The notes beneath the pieces are model-generated. The model was not told the origin of the DNA. It saw nothing but the letters and a program-made list of their open reading frames with translations, and made no database searches. Below, piece after piece: positions 9,220 through 18,916 of a stretch of DNA of 64,000 nucleotides (positions are counted from its first letter, which is position 1; each line of letters opens with the position of its first letter). Both the position numbers and the translations under genes were made by a program. Location: assembly GCA_018268675.1 (NCBI GenBank), contig JAFDWB010000069.1, forward strand, positions 19,838 to 83,837. Reading direction: 5' to 3'. The DNA comes from Actinomycetota bacterium. GTDB lineage: Bacteria; Actinomycetota; Thermoleophilia; Solirubrobacterales; 70-9.

Positions 9220-10491
9220 ATGCCCGTCGAGAACGAACTGACGATCCAGCCCATTCCTTCAGCTCCGGGGCCAGACGCACCGCCCGCGATCCGGGTCAAA
9301 GACCTCCACAAGTCCTTCCGCATCCCGACGCAGCGGGTCGACTCGCTGAAAGAGCGCGCCGTGCACCCGTTCGCCACCCGCGAGCACCGTGAGCTGCACG
9401 CGCTGAACGGGATCTCCTTCGAGATCCGCCAGGGTGAGTTCTTCGGCATCGTCGGTCGCAACGGCTCGGGCAAGAGCACGCTGCTGAAGCTGCTGGCGAG
9501 CATCTACCGTGCCGACTCCGGATCGATCGAGATCGCCGGCCGACTCGCCCCCTTCATCGAGCTGGGCGTCGGCTTCAACCACGACCTGACCGCGCGTGAG
9601 AACGTCGTGCTCAACGGTGTGATGATGGGCCTGACGCCACGCGAGATGCGCCGCCGCCTCGACGCCGTGATCGACTTCGCCGAGCTGCGCGAGTTCGCCG
9701 ACCTGAAACTGAAGAACTACTCGTCGGGGATGATGGTGCGGCTCGCCTTCTCGGTGATGATGGAGGCCGACGCCGACGTGCTCCTGATCGACGAGGTGCT
9801 GGCGGTCGGTGACGCCTCCTTCCAGCAGAAGTGTGCCGATGCCTTCCACCAGATGAAAGCCGAAGGCAAGACGATCGTCCTGGTCACCCACGAGATGGGA
9901 GCCGTCGACGCCTACTGCCACCGCGCGATGCTGCTGAGCGACGGTGACATCAAGCACGCCGGCGACCCGGCCGAGGTAAGTCGTGAGTACCTGAAGCTGA
10001 ACTTTGCCAGCGAGCTCAACTCGGAGTTGGAAAAGACGATCCCGGCCGAGGAGAACGAGCCGGGCGAGGGTGCGGACCTGGCAGGCCTGCGGATCGTCGA
10101 CGAGGAGGGTGAGGAGACGCAGACCGTCGAGATGGGTGATCCGATCCATCTGGAGGCGGAAATCGAATTGCTGCGCCCCGTACCGGGACTGCACGTGGGC
10201 CTGGTCGTCGCCAACGCCGACGACGTCTCGATGTTCGAACTCAGCGTGCCCATCCGGTCCAAGGACGGCGACAACATCAAAGGCAGAAAGGTCACGGTTT
10301 CGGCAACGATCCAGAATCCGCTGTCGCCGGGCAGGCACTTCATCCACTGCGGGATCCAAAGCCCCTTCGGGGTCTCGGTCTTCAGGTCGAAAGCCGCGAC
10401 CTTCGTCGTCTTCGGCACCCATCCGTCGAAAGGCATCATCGCCCCCGAGCACGAGTACGAGTACGTCATCGAAGGCGAAGACGACCTTTGA
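9220..10491 (+). CDS. Polysaccharide/teichoic-acid-type ABC exporter ATP-binding protein (Wzt/TagH-like) with a ~170-aa C-terminal extension
   Basis: Walker A GRNGSGKSTLLK, signature YSSGMMVRLAF, Walker B LLIDEVLAVGD. The extra C-terminal domain (aa ~250-423) is predicted beta-rich. Confidence 0.85.
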   Translation: MPVENELTIQPIPSAPGPDAPPAIRVKDLHKSFRIPTQRVDSLKERAVHPFATREHRELHALNGISFEIRQGEFFGIVGRNGSGKSTLLKLLASIYRADSGSIEIAGRLAPFIELGVGFNHDLTARENVVLNGVMMGLTPREMRRRLDAVIDFAELREFADLKLKNYSSGMMVRLAFSVMMEADADVLLIDEVLAVGDASFQQKCADAFHQMKAEGKTIVLVTHEMGAVDAYCHRAMLLSDGDIKHAGDPAEVSREYLKLNFASELNSELEKTIPAEENEPGEGADLAGLRIVDEEGEETQTVEMGDPIHLEAEIELLRPVPGLHVGLVVANADDVSMFELSVPIRSKDGDNIKGRKVTVSATIQNPLSPGRHFIHCGIQSPFGVSVFRSKAATFVVFGTHPSKGIIAPEHEYEYVIEGEDDL

Positions 10492-11360
10492 GCGTCGACG
10501 CGCCCCCTACTCCGACCGCCGGACTGGGCCTCCAACGGGTCAGCGGCCCCTCGGCCCTGGGCGGTGGCCCGCGGCGATTCTTCGACCTGCTGTGGCTGAT
10601 GTCGGTGACCGAATTCAAGCGCGTCTACTTCGGCACCGTGCTCGGCTACCTCTGGTCCCTGATCCGCCCGCTGCTGCTCTTCAGCGTGCTGCTCCTCGTC
10701 TTCACCAAGGTGTTCCACGTCGGCGGGACGCTGGTCGAACACTACCCAGTGATGCTGCTGATGGGCATCGTCTTGTTCACCTTCTTCCAGGAAGCCACCT
10801 CCAATTCGGTGACCTCGGTGGTCGCCCAGGAGGGTGTCGTCCGCAAGACCCAGTTCCCGCGCCTGGTGATACCGCTGGCGACGGTCCTGACGGCGACCTT
10901 CAACCTGCTGCTGAACCTGATCGTGGTGCTGATCTTCGTGCTCGCCTTCGGGGTCTCACCAGTCTGGACCTGGCTCCTGTTCCCGATTGCTCTCCTCTTC
11001 CTCTTCGCCCTCACCGGCGCGGTGGCGATGGCGCTCTCGGTGCTCTACGTCCGCTTCCGCGACGTCGCGATCATCTGGACCGTCGTCGCCCAGGTGTTGC
11101 TCTACGTGACGCCGATCCTCTATCCGGTCAACGCGTTCAACAACCCGACCTACGAACGCCTCCTGATGATCAACCCGCTGGCCGTGATCTTCTCCTCGAT
11201 CCGCATCTGGGTCCTCCACGAAGCCGATGCACCGACCCCTGTGCACAGCGCCGGCGGTTGGCTCGGGCTCCTGCCCGCGGCGGCGATCTTCCTCGGCACG
11301 CTCGCCTACGGCGCCTGGATCTTCAGGCGAGAAGCGCCGCGCATCGCCGAGGAGCTATAA
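10488..11360 (+). CDS. ABC-2 type exporter permease (Wzm/TagG-like)
   Basis: LLWLMSVTEFKRVYFGTVLGYLWSLIRPLL entry motif plus six hydrophobic segments. The TTG start overlaps the ATPase stop (TTGA). Confidence 0.8.
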   Translation: MSVDAPPTPTAGLGLQRVSGPSALGGGPRRFFDLLWLMSVTEFKRVYFGTVLGYLWSLIRPLLLFSVLLLVFTKVFHVGGTLVEHYPVMLLMGIVLFTFFQEATSNSVTSVVAQEGVVRKTQFPRLVIPLATVLTATFNLLLNLIVVLIFVLAFGVSPVWTWLLFPIALLFLFALTGAVAMALSVLYVRFRDVAIIWTVVAQVLLYVTPILYPVNAFNNPTYERLLMINPLAVIFSSIRIWVLHEADAPTPVHSAGGWLGLLPAAAIFLGTLAYGAWIFRREAPRIAEEL

Positions 11361-11394
11361 GGGGCACGCCCCCGCCCTGGGTAGACTTGCGGGA

Positions 11395-11664
11395 ATGGTC
11401 GAGCAGACGAGACCGCTCCGGCTGGCCCAGCCGACGGACGATGCCGATCTGCGCGCCCGCCTCGCGGAGCGCGACGAGGAGATCCTCCGCCTGCGCGACC
11501 TCCTCATCACCCGCGACGCTGAACTCGGCGCTGCCAAGGGACGTCTGGCGATGATCGAACAGGGTTCTCAGCGACTCGGCGAAGCGGCCGCACGGGTGCC
11601 GATTCCGGGCGCGACCAGGATCCTCCAGATGATGATCCGCTTCGTCCAGCGCAGCCTCGGTTAG
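11395..11664 (+). CDS. Small predicted coiled-coil protein (89 aa)
   Basis: The ATG at 11395 is in frame with ORF 11227..11664. Heptad-like sequence LRARLAERDEEILRLRDLLITRDAELGAAKGRL. Its TAG shares one base with the GTG start of the next gene (TAGTG at 11662-11666). Confidence 0.4.
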   Translation: MVEQTRPLRLAQPTDDADLRARLAERDEEILRLRDLLITRDAELGAAKGRLAMIEQGSQRLGEAAARVPIPGATRILQMMIRFVQRSLG

Positions 11665-13328
11665 TGACGGCGCCCCGCTTCTCGATAGTCACGCCGGTGT
11701 ACCAGACTCCCGCGCCGGTCCTGCGGGACATGCTGCGCTCGGTTCTGCGCCAGAGCTTCGGTGACTGGGAGTTGTGTGTGGTCGACGACGCCTCGCCCGA
11801 CCTCGGCGTGCGGCGAATCGTCGAGTCGGTGGCGGCGATCGACCCGCGGGTGAAGCTCGGCGTCCGCGAGGTCAACGGCGGGATCGTCGACGCCTCGAAC
11901 GACGCCCTGGCGATGGCGACCGGCGAGTTCGTCGCCCTGCTCGACCACGACGACAAGCTCCACCCGGACGCACTGCGGATGGTCGATGCGGCAATCGGCG
12001 ATGACCACACCGTCGACTACGTCTACACCGACGAAGACAAGATCGACGAGAAGGGCCGCCACGCCGGCCCCTTCCTCAAGCCAGATTGGTCGCCGGATCG
12101 GTTCCGCACCCAGATGTACACCTGTCATCTGAGTGTGCTGCGACGTTCGCTGGTGGAGGAGGTCGGCGGCTTCGACGCGGAGTTCGAGGGAGCCCAGGAC
12201 TGGGATCTGGTGTTGCGCGTGACCGAGCGAGCCCGCACCGTTCGCCACGTGCCCCGGGTCCTGTACCACTGGCGCGGGATCGAAGGCTCCACCGCCGCGG
12301 CTCCGGAGGAAGGCGGCGGTGAAGCGGCGAAGCCGTGGGCATTCGAGGCCGGGACGCGGGCGATCCAGGCTCATTGCGATCGGACCGGCGTCGAGGCGCG
12401 CGCCGTGCGAGACGCCGAAGACCTCGGGGTCTACCACCTCGAGCCGGCCCTCCGATCCAACCCCGCGGTCAGCATCGTGATCCCGACCAACGGGCAACGT
12501 CGCGAGATCCGCTACCAGGAGGTGACGCTGGTCGAGCACTGCGTGCGCAGCATCATCACCGACTCGACCTACCCGAACTACGAGGTCGTCGTCGTCGTCG
12601 ACTCCGCGACCCCGAAAGCGACGATCTCCGCCCTGCAGGACATCGCGGGAGATCGGCTGGTGCTGGTGCCCTTCGACCGGACGTTCAACTTCGCCGCGAA
12701 GATCAACGCGGGCGCCGTCCGCGCCTCGGGTGAGCACCTGGTGCTGCTGAACGACGACATCGAGGTCTCCACCGACGACTGGATGGAGCGGATGGTGATG
12801 TATTCGTCGGTGCCCGAGATCGGCGCCGTCGGCGGACGCCTCCTGCTCGAAGACGGGCGGCTCCAGCACGGCGGCGTCGCGTTCGAAGGAGGTCTGCCCG
12901 GCCACCCGTACTACGGCTGGCCCGGCGATGCTCCCGGCTACGCCAACTCACTGAAGGTCGCCCGCAACCTGCTGGCCGTGACCGGCGCCTGCCTGATGAC
13001 GCCGCGCGACGTCTTCGACGAGGTCGGCGGCCTCGCGGTGACCTACCCGATCAACTACAACGACGTCGACTACTGCCTCAAGGTTCGCGAGTGCGGGCGG
13101 CGGGTCGTCTACGACCCCGATCTGGTCATGCACCACTTCGAGTCCTCGAGCCGTTCCTCGGATGTCGCCGATTGGGAGAAGGAGAAGCTGCTCGAACGCT
13201 GGCGCGGGGCGACCGATCCCGACCCCTACTCGAATCCCTACCTGCACCGCGAAATGCCTACCTTGGTGGCGGCGTTCGCCTGGGCTCGCCGTTCGCCGCG
13301 TCTACGGCTGCGGGCCGGCCGAATCTAG
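11664..13328 (+). CDS. Two-domain glycosyltransferase family 2
   Basis: Two GT2 signatures: FSIVTPVYQTP...CVVDDASPD and VSIVIPTNGQ...VVVVVDSATP, with LLDHDD and LNDDIE acidic motifs. Confidence 0.8.
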   Translation: MTAPRFSIVTPVYQTPAPVLRDMLRSVLRQSFGDWELCVVDDASPDLGVRRIVESVAAIDPRVKLGVREVNGGIVDASNDALAMATGEFVALLDHDDKLHPDALRMVDAAIGDDHTVDYVYTDEDKIDEKGRHAGPFLKPDWSPDRFRTQMYTCHLSVLRRSLVEEVGGFDAEFEGAQDWDLVLRVTERARTVRHVPRVLYHWRGIEGSTAAAPEEGGGEAAKPWAFEAGTRAIQAHCDRTGVEARAVRDAEDLGVYHLEPALRSNPAVSIVIPTNGQRREIRYQEVTLVEHCVRSIITDSTYPNYEVVVVVDSATPKATISALQDIAGDRLVLVPFDRTFNFAAKINAGAVRASGEHLVLLNDDIEVSTDDWMERMVMYSSVPEIGAVGGRLLLEDGRLQHGGVAFEGGLPGHPYYGWPGDAPGYANSLKVARNLLAVTGACLMTPRDVFDEVGGLAVTYPINYNDVDYCLKVRECGRRVVYDPDLVMHHFESSSRSSDVADWEKEKLLERWRGATDPDPYSNPYLHREMPTLVAAFAWARRSPRLRLRAGRI

Positions 13329-14653
13329 GTCCGGCCCAGCTCGGTGACCGCACGGCGGTCGGCGGCGACCAGCGCCTCGCGCATCACCGCGTCCTCGGCG
13401 GTTCCCGGCCGGCCGGCGGGCCGAGGGCCCGCCTCGCGGACCTGCTCGAGCAGCGCCTCGATCCGGTCGGTACGCGCCGCGACACTGGTCACGTCGCCCG
13501 CCCTGATCCCGGCCCGGGCGCGGGCGAGCAAATGCGGTTCGGCGTGCAGGCGGCGCAGGAGGTCGGCGAGATCGGGGGCGTCCCCGGGCTCGAACAGCCA
13601 GCCGTTCTCGCCCTCCCGGATCGCGTCCGGCAACGCCCCGATCCGGGAGGCGATCACCGGGATGCCGAGGGCGAAGGCCTCGCGGACGACGATCGAGTAG
13701 GTCTCCGGCACGACCGAGGGAACCACCACCACGTCGGCGTCGGCGAGGAGGACCGGAAGGTGCGCGGGATTGAAGCCGTTCGCGAGACGCAGGGTGAGGC
13801 CGGGGATGTTGTCGGCGGCCAGCTGCATTTCGCGCGCGAGCGGTGGCAGCGCGACACCATGGATCGTGTAGAAGGTGCGCGGCACCTTTGCCAGTCGCAG
13901 CGCCTCGACCACCGTCTCGAAGCCCTTGTGCTTGACCGTGACGCCGATCGAGGCGAGCCGGAGCGGGCCCCCCGGCGGATTCTCCTCGTGGAGGATCGGT
14001 CCGAACGGAGCGACCGCGTTCGGGACGATCTCGATCGTCCCGAAATCGCCTCGCTCCGTGGCGAATGAGTCGGCCACGTACCGGGAGGGGGCAAGCACGG
14101 CGTCGGCACTCCGCAGGGCCTCGCCGAAGCTGCGCGCCCGCAGCGCCCAGCGCAGCGCGGGGTCACGCTGGTCGCCGAAGCAATGGCGGGCACATGCCCG
14201 GCCGTTCTCCGGGCCTGCACAGGGCTCGCCGGAGCGACGCTCGAGGTGCGCCCGCGGACACTTGAAGTAGAAGTCGTGCAGCTCGACCATCACCGGGATC
14301 CCCCAGCGGTGGGCGACCTCGACGTAGCCGGGAGAGTGCCCGAGCAGATGGGTGACGAGGACGACGTCGGGCTCGAACTCGGTCAGGAGGCGCTCGAAGA
14401 TCCCCTCCTGCACCGGCTCGTAGACGGGAAAGCGTTCGAAGGTCGACCCCCCGCCGACCATCGTGACCACCGGGATCCCGTCCCGTACGTCCCGGCGCAG
14501 ATCGAGCGTGCGCGGAAGCTCGCTCGGATCACGGGTGAAGACCACCGCCTCGTGGCCCCGCCGGACCAACTCGCCGGCGACCTGCGCGGTCAGGCGCTCG
14601 ACCCCGGCCACGCCGAGCGGCGGGTATCCATGGCTGACCAGGAGCACCTTCAC
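13325..14653 (-). CDS. Glycosyltransferase family 4 (GT-B, Glycos_transf_1)
   Basis: VKVLLVSHGYPPLGVAGVERLTAQVAGELVRRGHEVVF-type N-terminus and an E..FALGIPVIASRIGALPD C-terminal motif. Start reassigned to GTG 14653, 10 nt after the upstream stop. Confidence 0.75.
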   Translation of the reverse strand: MKVLLVSHGYPPLGVAGVERLTAQVAGELVRRGHEAVVFTRDPSELPRTLDLRRDVRDGIPVVTMVGGGSTFERFPVYEPVQEGIFERLLTEFEPDVVLVTHLLGHSPGYVEVAHRWGIPVMVELHDFYFKCPRAHLERRSGEPCAGPENGRACARHCFGDQRDPALRWALRARSFGEALRSADAVLAPSRYVADSFATERGDFGTIEIVPNAVAPFGPILHEENPPGGPLRLASIGVTVKHKGFETVVEALRLAKVPRTFYTIHGVALPPLAREMQLAADNIPGLTLRLANGFNPAHLPVLLADADVVVVPSVVPETYSIVVREAFALGIPVIASRIGALPDAIREGENGWLFEPGDAPDLADLLRRLHAEPHLLARARAGIRAGDVTSVAARTDRIEALLEQVREAGPRPAGRPGTAEDAVMREALVAADRRAVTELGRT

Positions 14654-14663
14654 CGTCGGCGAC

Positions 14664-16697
14664 TCATCTCTCGCCGCGACGGCTGTTGGCGAGGAGCGAG
14701 AACGCGTCGACGACCTCGTCGGGGTAGTCGGCGTAGTGAACGCCGAGCCACTGGCCGGCGATCGCCGCGGCACGTCGCAGCGCGGCCTCCGTCCGCCACC
14801 CCTGCAACTCCTCGCCCTCCAGCGCAAGCTCCTCCTCCAGGTAGCGCCAGTCGCCCGCGATCAACCCCCGCACCAGCGCCGCGGCCTCGTCCTCGCCCAT
14901 CGAGCGGCCGTTGATCTCACGGTTCGCGATCCCGTCGTCGACGTTGCGCATGAAGCGGCGCCGCAGCGAGTAATCGTGCGAGTGGTAGACCTTCGACTCG
15001 GCCTCGTGCACGAGCGCCATCCCCGCCTCGAGGACCTCGCGCGCCCAGAGCAGGTCCTCGCCGATCGCGCGCACCGAGCGGAACGGGTACCGGCGCATCA
15101 CGTCGGCCCGCACCGCCGCGCTGACAGTGTGGAAATTGAGCAGTAACCGGCGCTGCTCGACCGGCATCGCCTCGTAGGCGTCCCAGTCGGCGATCCGCTT
15201 GACCAACCGCTCCGCGCCACCACTCACCTCGAGCTCGCCGTCACGGCGGGAGAGCAGGTCGGCGTCCGGGTAGGGCAGCACACGGCTGCTCGCGCCGGCG
15301 ACGCTGGGGTCGCCGTCGAGGGTCCGCAGCAGCGGCGCCAGCCAGTTGCGGTCGACCGGCCGGCTGCGTTCGTTGAGGAAGACGAGGATGTCGCCGCGGG
15401 CGTGCTCGGCCAGGAGATTGCGCGTCAGCCCGTGGTCGAACTCGGACGGGTCGATCGCGATCGCGGTCGCGTCGAACTCTTCGAGCACCGTGATCGTGGC
15501 GTCTCGCGAGGCCGAATCGACGCCGACGATCTCCATTTCTGCTTCGGCCTCCTGGGAGAGCAGGATCGGCAGCGTCGCGCGCAACGCCTCCTCGGCGTCC
15601 ATCAGCGGCATCAGGACCGAGACCCGGTGGCGCCCCGGGCCGCCGGAGAGTGCCTGGAAGCCTCCGCGCCTGAGGATCTCCGGGCTCCCCCCGGTGCGCC
15701 GCCGCCGTGGCTTGAACGACGGCAGCTCCATCAGCTCGCGCTGCGCGTCGAGGGCCGCCCGGGTGCGTCGCCCCTGCAGCTCGAGCACCTGCTCGGTACG
15801 AACCGAGAGCAGATGCTCGAGCGGGTCCTCGCCGGCCACGTCGCGGCTGACCGCGGCCAGGAGCGGCGAGATCGAGAGCCGAATCGGGTAGATCGAGCCG
15901 TACTCCACCACGATCATCCGATCTTCGAGGTAGTGCTTGTAGTCGTCGGGCTCGATCCGGTGGTGCCAACGCTCGGCGAAGAGCCTGCTGTTGTGCTCGA
16001 TGTGCCGGGTCTTGTCGTCGGCCCAGCGAGTGACGGACTCGAGGTGATACAGGACGCTCCGTGGGCAGTAAAGGGCACTCCGTCCCCGCTCACGCAGCTT
16101 GAGGCAGAGGTCGACGTCCTCGTAGCCATTGTGGAACGCGGTGTCGAACCCGCCCATGGCAGAGAAGTCCTCGCGGTGGACCAGCATGCAGGCAGCGGTC
16201 ACCGCGGTCACCTCGCGGCCCCGCTCGAGCGCCGGGTGGTCGCCGGGGAGGCCGGCATAGAGATGGTGCGGCCATAGGTCCTGTCCGATCACGACGCCGG
16301 CGTGCTGGATGGTCCCGTCGGGATAGAGCAGTTTGGAGCCGACGGCCGCCGCCTCCGGGTGCTCGGTCGCTTCCTCGATCAGCGCGTCGAGCCAGCCCGC
16401 GAGCGGCACCGTGTCGTTGTTGAGAAAGACGAAGAAGTCAGCGTCCTCGGCGGCCGCGGCGCCGTCGTTGCAGGCGACGGCAAAGCCGCCGTTCTCGGCC
16501 CGGCCAACCACTGTCAGCCGCTCGTCGTAGTCCTCGAAACGCTCTACCGTGCGGTCCGAGGAGGCGTCGTCGACGACCACCACCCGCAGATCGCAGGCAG
16601 TCGGTGGATGGGCGAAGATCGCCGCCAGGCAGGTGCTCACGAGGTGCGCCCCGTTGAAGGTGGGAATCACCACCGCGCACCTCGGCAGCGTGCTCAT
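14664..16697 (-). CDS. Multidomain glycosyltransferase (two GT2-like domains)
   Basis: CAVVIPTFNGAHLV...VVVVDDASSDRT and a second VSVLMPLMDAEEAL...VGVDSASRDAT. The ATG at 16697 lies 4 nt after the upstream TGA. Confidence 0.75.
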   Translation of the reverse strand: MSTLPRCAVVIPTFNGAHLVSTCLAAIFAHPPTACDLRVVVVDDASSDRTVERFEDYDERLTVVGRAENGGFAVACNDGAAAAEDADFFVFLNNDTVPLAGWLDALIEEATEHPEAAAVGSKLLYPDGTIQHAGVVIGQDLWPHHLYAGLPGDHPALERGREVTAVTAACMLVHREDFSAMGGFDTAFHNGYEDVDLCLKLRERGRSALYCPRSVLYHLESVTRWADDKTRHIEHNSRLFAERWHHRIEPDDYKHYLEDRMIVVEYGSIYPIRLSISPLLAAVSRDVAGEDPLEHLLSVRTEQVLELQGRRTRAALDAQRELMELPSFKPRRRRTGGSPEILRRGGFQALSGGPGRHRVSVLMPLMDAEEALRATLPILLSQEAEAEMEIVGVDSASRDATITVLEEFDATAIAIDPSEFDHGLTRNLLAEHARGDILVFLNERSRPVDRNWLAPLLRTLDGDPSVAGASSRVLPYPDADLLSRRDGELEVSGGAERLVKRIADWDAYEAMPVEQRRLLLNFHTVSAAVRADVMRRYPFRSVRAIGEDLLWAREVLEAGMALVHEAESKVYHSHDYSLRRRFMRNVDDGIANREINGRSMGEDEAAALVRGLIAGDWRYLEEELALEGEELQGWRTEAALRRAAAIAGQWLGVHYADYPDEVVDAFSLLANSRRGER

Positions 16698-16701
16698 CGG
16701 C

Positions 16702-17835
16702 TCAGGTGCCGGGCCTGTTGCGCTTCGCGACCTCGGCGGCGAAACCGGCCTCACGCCGGCGCCGGAGGAAGTGCATCCCCGGCATGTCTTTCAAGGCCGC
16801 GTAGAGACGAAACGGCGCGCTGGCACGGATCCGCTCGAGGCCGACCCTCGCGGCGACCAGCTCCTGGTTGACCTGGGCCATTTCCTCCTCGCGTCGGGCC
16901 GCGGTCCGGCGCAGCTCCTCCAGCTCGGCATCGCGCCGCAGCAGCTGGTCGTGGGCGTCGATCAGCGCCCGGCGGAGCTCGCCCTCGCGGCCGCCGATCT
17001 CGGCCAGGGCCTGCTCCAGCTCGGCGGTCCGCCCCGCGGCGAGTCGCAGCTCGGCCAGTTCGCGGAGCCGAGCCTGGATCTCGCGCAGACCCTCGCGCGC
17101 CATCGGCACGGCTTTGGCGACGAATTGGTAGGTGCGGGCATCGGGGTCGCGCTCCAATTCCTCGCGCAGCTCGATCGGGACCGCCTCGAAGTCGACCTCG
17201 ATCTCGGAGGCGTCGAGGTTGAGCTCATGGCGGTGCAGCTCGGCGAGGCCGAGCTCAGCTTCGTCAAGCAACTGCTCGAAGCTCTCGCGGGTGAAGAAGC
17301 GTAGGTGGGTCGAGTCCAGCAGCCCGATGTCGCCGTAGCGGAAGTGTCCGGCGAGCAGCGCCAGCCGCACGCTGCCGTGGGCGACGTTCGGGATCGAGAT
17401 CACGAAGGCGCCGTCGTCGGCGAGGTGGGGGCGAAGCTTGCCGAGGGTCGTAAGCGGATCGCGCAGATGCTCGAGCACATCGGCGGCGACGATCACGTCG
17501 AACTTCTCCGCGCTCAGCTCGGCGTCGAAATCGAGTTGATCGAGGTCGCCCACGATGACCCGCTCGCAGAACTGCGTGGCCCGCTCCGCCATCGCCGCGT
17601 CGAGCTCGATCCCGACCACCGTGCAGCCGCGGTCGATCATCGCCCGCGACATGTAGCCGGTGGCCGGGCCCAACTCGAGCACGCGCTTGCCCTCGCCGAC
17701 CATCCGCACGACATCGGCATGGACGCCGTCCGACGCGAGGTCGATGGGCTCGAAGTCGTAGCGCGGAGCGGACGAACGCTGCTCGGCGGAGGCATCGCTC
17801 ATTGGCGGGAGCCTAGCAACCACCCGAAGGGTCAT
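16702..17835 (-). CDS. Class I SAM-dependent methyltransferase fused to a long C-terminal coiled coil
   Basis: VLELGPATGYMSRAMIDRGCTVVGIELD motif I. The last ~150 aa are heptad-rich (LRELAELRLAAGRTAELEQALAEIGGREGELRRALIDAHDQLLRRDAELEELRR...). Confidence 0.7.
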   Translation of the reverse strand: MTLRVVARLPPMSDASAEQRSSAPRYDFEPIDLASDGVHADVVRMVGEGKRVLELGPATGYMSRAMIDRGCTVVGIELDAAMAERATQFCERVIVGDLDQLDFDAELSAEKFDVIVAADVLEHLRDPLTTLGKLRPHLADDGAFVISIPNVAHGSVRLALLAGHFRYGDIGLLDSTHLRFFTRESFEQLLDEAELGLAELHRHELNLDASEIEVDFEAVPIELREELERDPDARTYQFVAKAVPMAREGLREIQARLRELAELRLAAGRTAELEQALAEIGGREGELRRALIDAHDQLLRRDAELEELRRTAARREEEMAQVNQELVAARVGLERIRASAPFRLYAALKDMPGMHFLRRRREAGFAAEVAKRNRPGT

Positions 17836-17886
17836 TTCCGCTCCCGGAGCCGCCGGACGAGCGGTGGCGAGATCGACGACGGTCGA

Positions 17887-18909
17887 TCAGCGCCGCCGCA
17901 ACCAGAGTGCTCCCGGGCGGCGTCCGGGGACAAACGAGGGGATTGCCCGCGCCAGCCGATCGGGGTGCTCGACGGCAACGGCATTGGCCGGGATGAGCAC
18001 CTCGAAATCGCCGTTGAAGGCGAGGAAAGCCTGGATCAAGTACTGCTCGGCCCAGAAGTAGCCCATCGACTCGAACCACTCTCGCGGGTACTCCCATGGC
18101 AGAAAGATGTCGTGGAAATGGACGATTACTCCGGAGGCGAGCGTCGGCAGCACGTCGAGCACCACGTAGTTGACGTCGCTACCCAGCTTCACCGTGTGGG
18201 TGGTGTCGACGAAGAGGATGTCACCGTTCCCCAAGAGGGAGAAATCGTCCAGACCTACTTCGGTGGCCCCCTTCGGCGCGAACCGGGTCGGCGGCGGCGG
18301 ATCCTCCCCGAGGATCTGGGCACGCGGATAAGGGTCATAGGCGAGATGCTCGGTGGCGACCCCGTCGGCAGCGTTGCGCCGCGCCGCCTCGCCGATCAAG
18401 AGGGTGGTCATGCCGGAGCCGAGCTCGAGCACCCGCCGCGGCTTGCGCGCCCGCACCATCGCGTAGAGGAGCTCGGCGTCGACGGCGCCGTAGTTGGTGT
18501 TGTCGAGGAAGAACTCGCCCGGCGGTCGCGGGCCTGCGGCGGGGAAATCGAACTCGGCGACGTAGTCGGCCAATTCGCTCTCGATCAGCGCGATCGCGTC
18601 GTCGACGTTCAGCGCCACCCCGGCCAGCCTGTTGCGGCGGTCCCAGATGTCGTCCGGAAGTAGCGTCAGATCCGGGATCGGGCTGTAATAGTCGTGTCGG
18701 ACGATGTCATATGCCCCCTTCGGCACGATCTCGTATTCCGCGGTTTGAAACCGGCTCACGCTGCCCCTCGGGATCACCTCGGTGTTCGGATCCGGGCGCC
18801 CCGAACCCACCGGCACCAGCTCCAGGCCGTTGCGACGGGCGATCCCTTCGATCACCCGTCGGCCCAACCCGCGCACCTTCCGACCGAGGCCTCCGACCGC
18901 TCCCGCCAT
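17887..18909 (-). CDS. Class I SAM-dependent methyltransferase (Methyltransf_24-like)
   Basis: RRVLELGSGMTTLLIGEAA ... GDILFVDTTHTVKLGSDVNYVVLDVLPTL ... VHFHDIF. Confidence 0.6.
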   Translation of the reverse strand: MAGAVGGLGRKVRGLGRRVIEGIARRNGLELVPVGSGRPDPNTEVIPRGSVSRFQTAEYEIVPKGAYDIVRHDYYSPIPDLTLLPDDIWDRRNRLAGVALNVDDAIALIESELADYVAEFDFPAAGPRPPGEFFLDNTNYGAVDAELLYAMVRARKPRRVLELGSGMTTLLIGEAARRNAADGVATEHLAYDPYPRAQILGEDPPPPTRFAPKGATEVGLDDFSLLGNGDILFVDTTHTVKLGSDVNYVVLDVLPTLASGVIVHFHDIFLPWEYPREWFESMGYFWAEQYLIQAFLAFNGDFEVLIPANAVAVEHPDRLARAIPSFVPGRRPGALWLRRR

Positions 18910-18916
18910 CGGCGTG

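Noticed and set aside
11227-11394. The 5' part of ORF 11227..11664, which overlaps the end of the ABC-2 permease gene.
   Set aside because: It is out of frame with the well-supported permease and Arg/Ser/Pro-rich. The coiled-coil part begins at the internal ATG 11395, after the permease stop.
13325-13328. Two convergent glycosyltransferase genes terminate in the same CTAG tetranucleotide (TAG on both strands).
   Set aside because: It is real in the sequence but is most simply a coincidence of tight packing. No functional implication can be supported.
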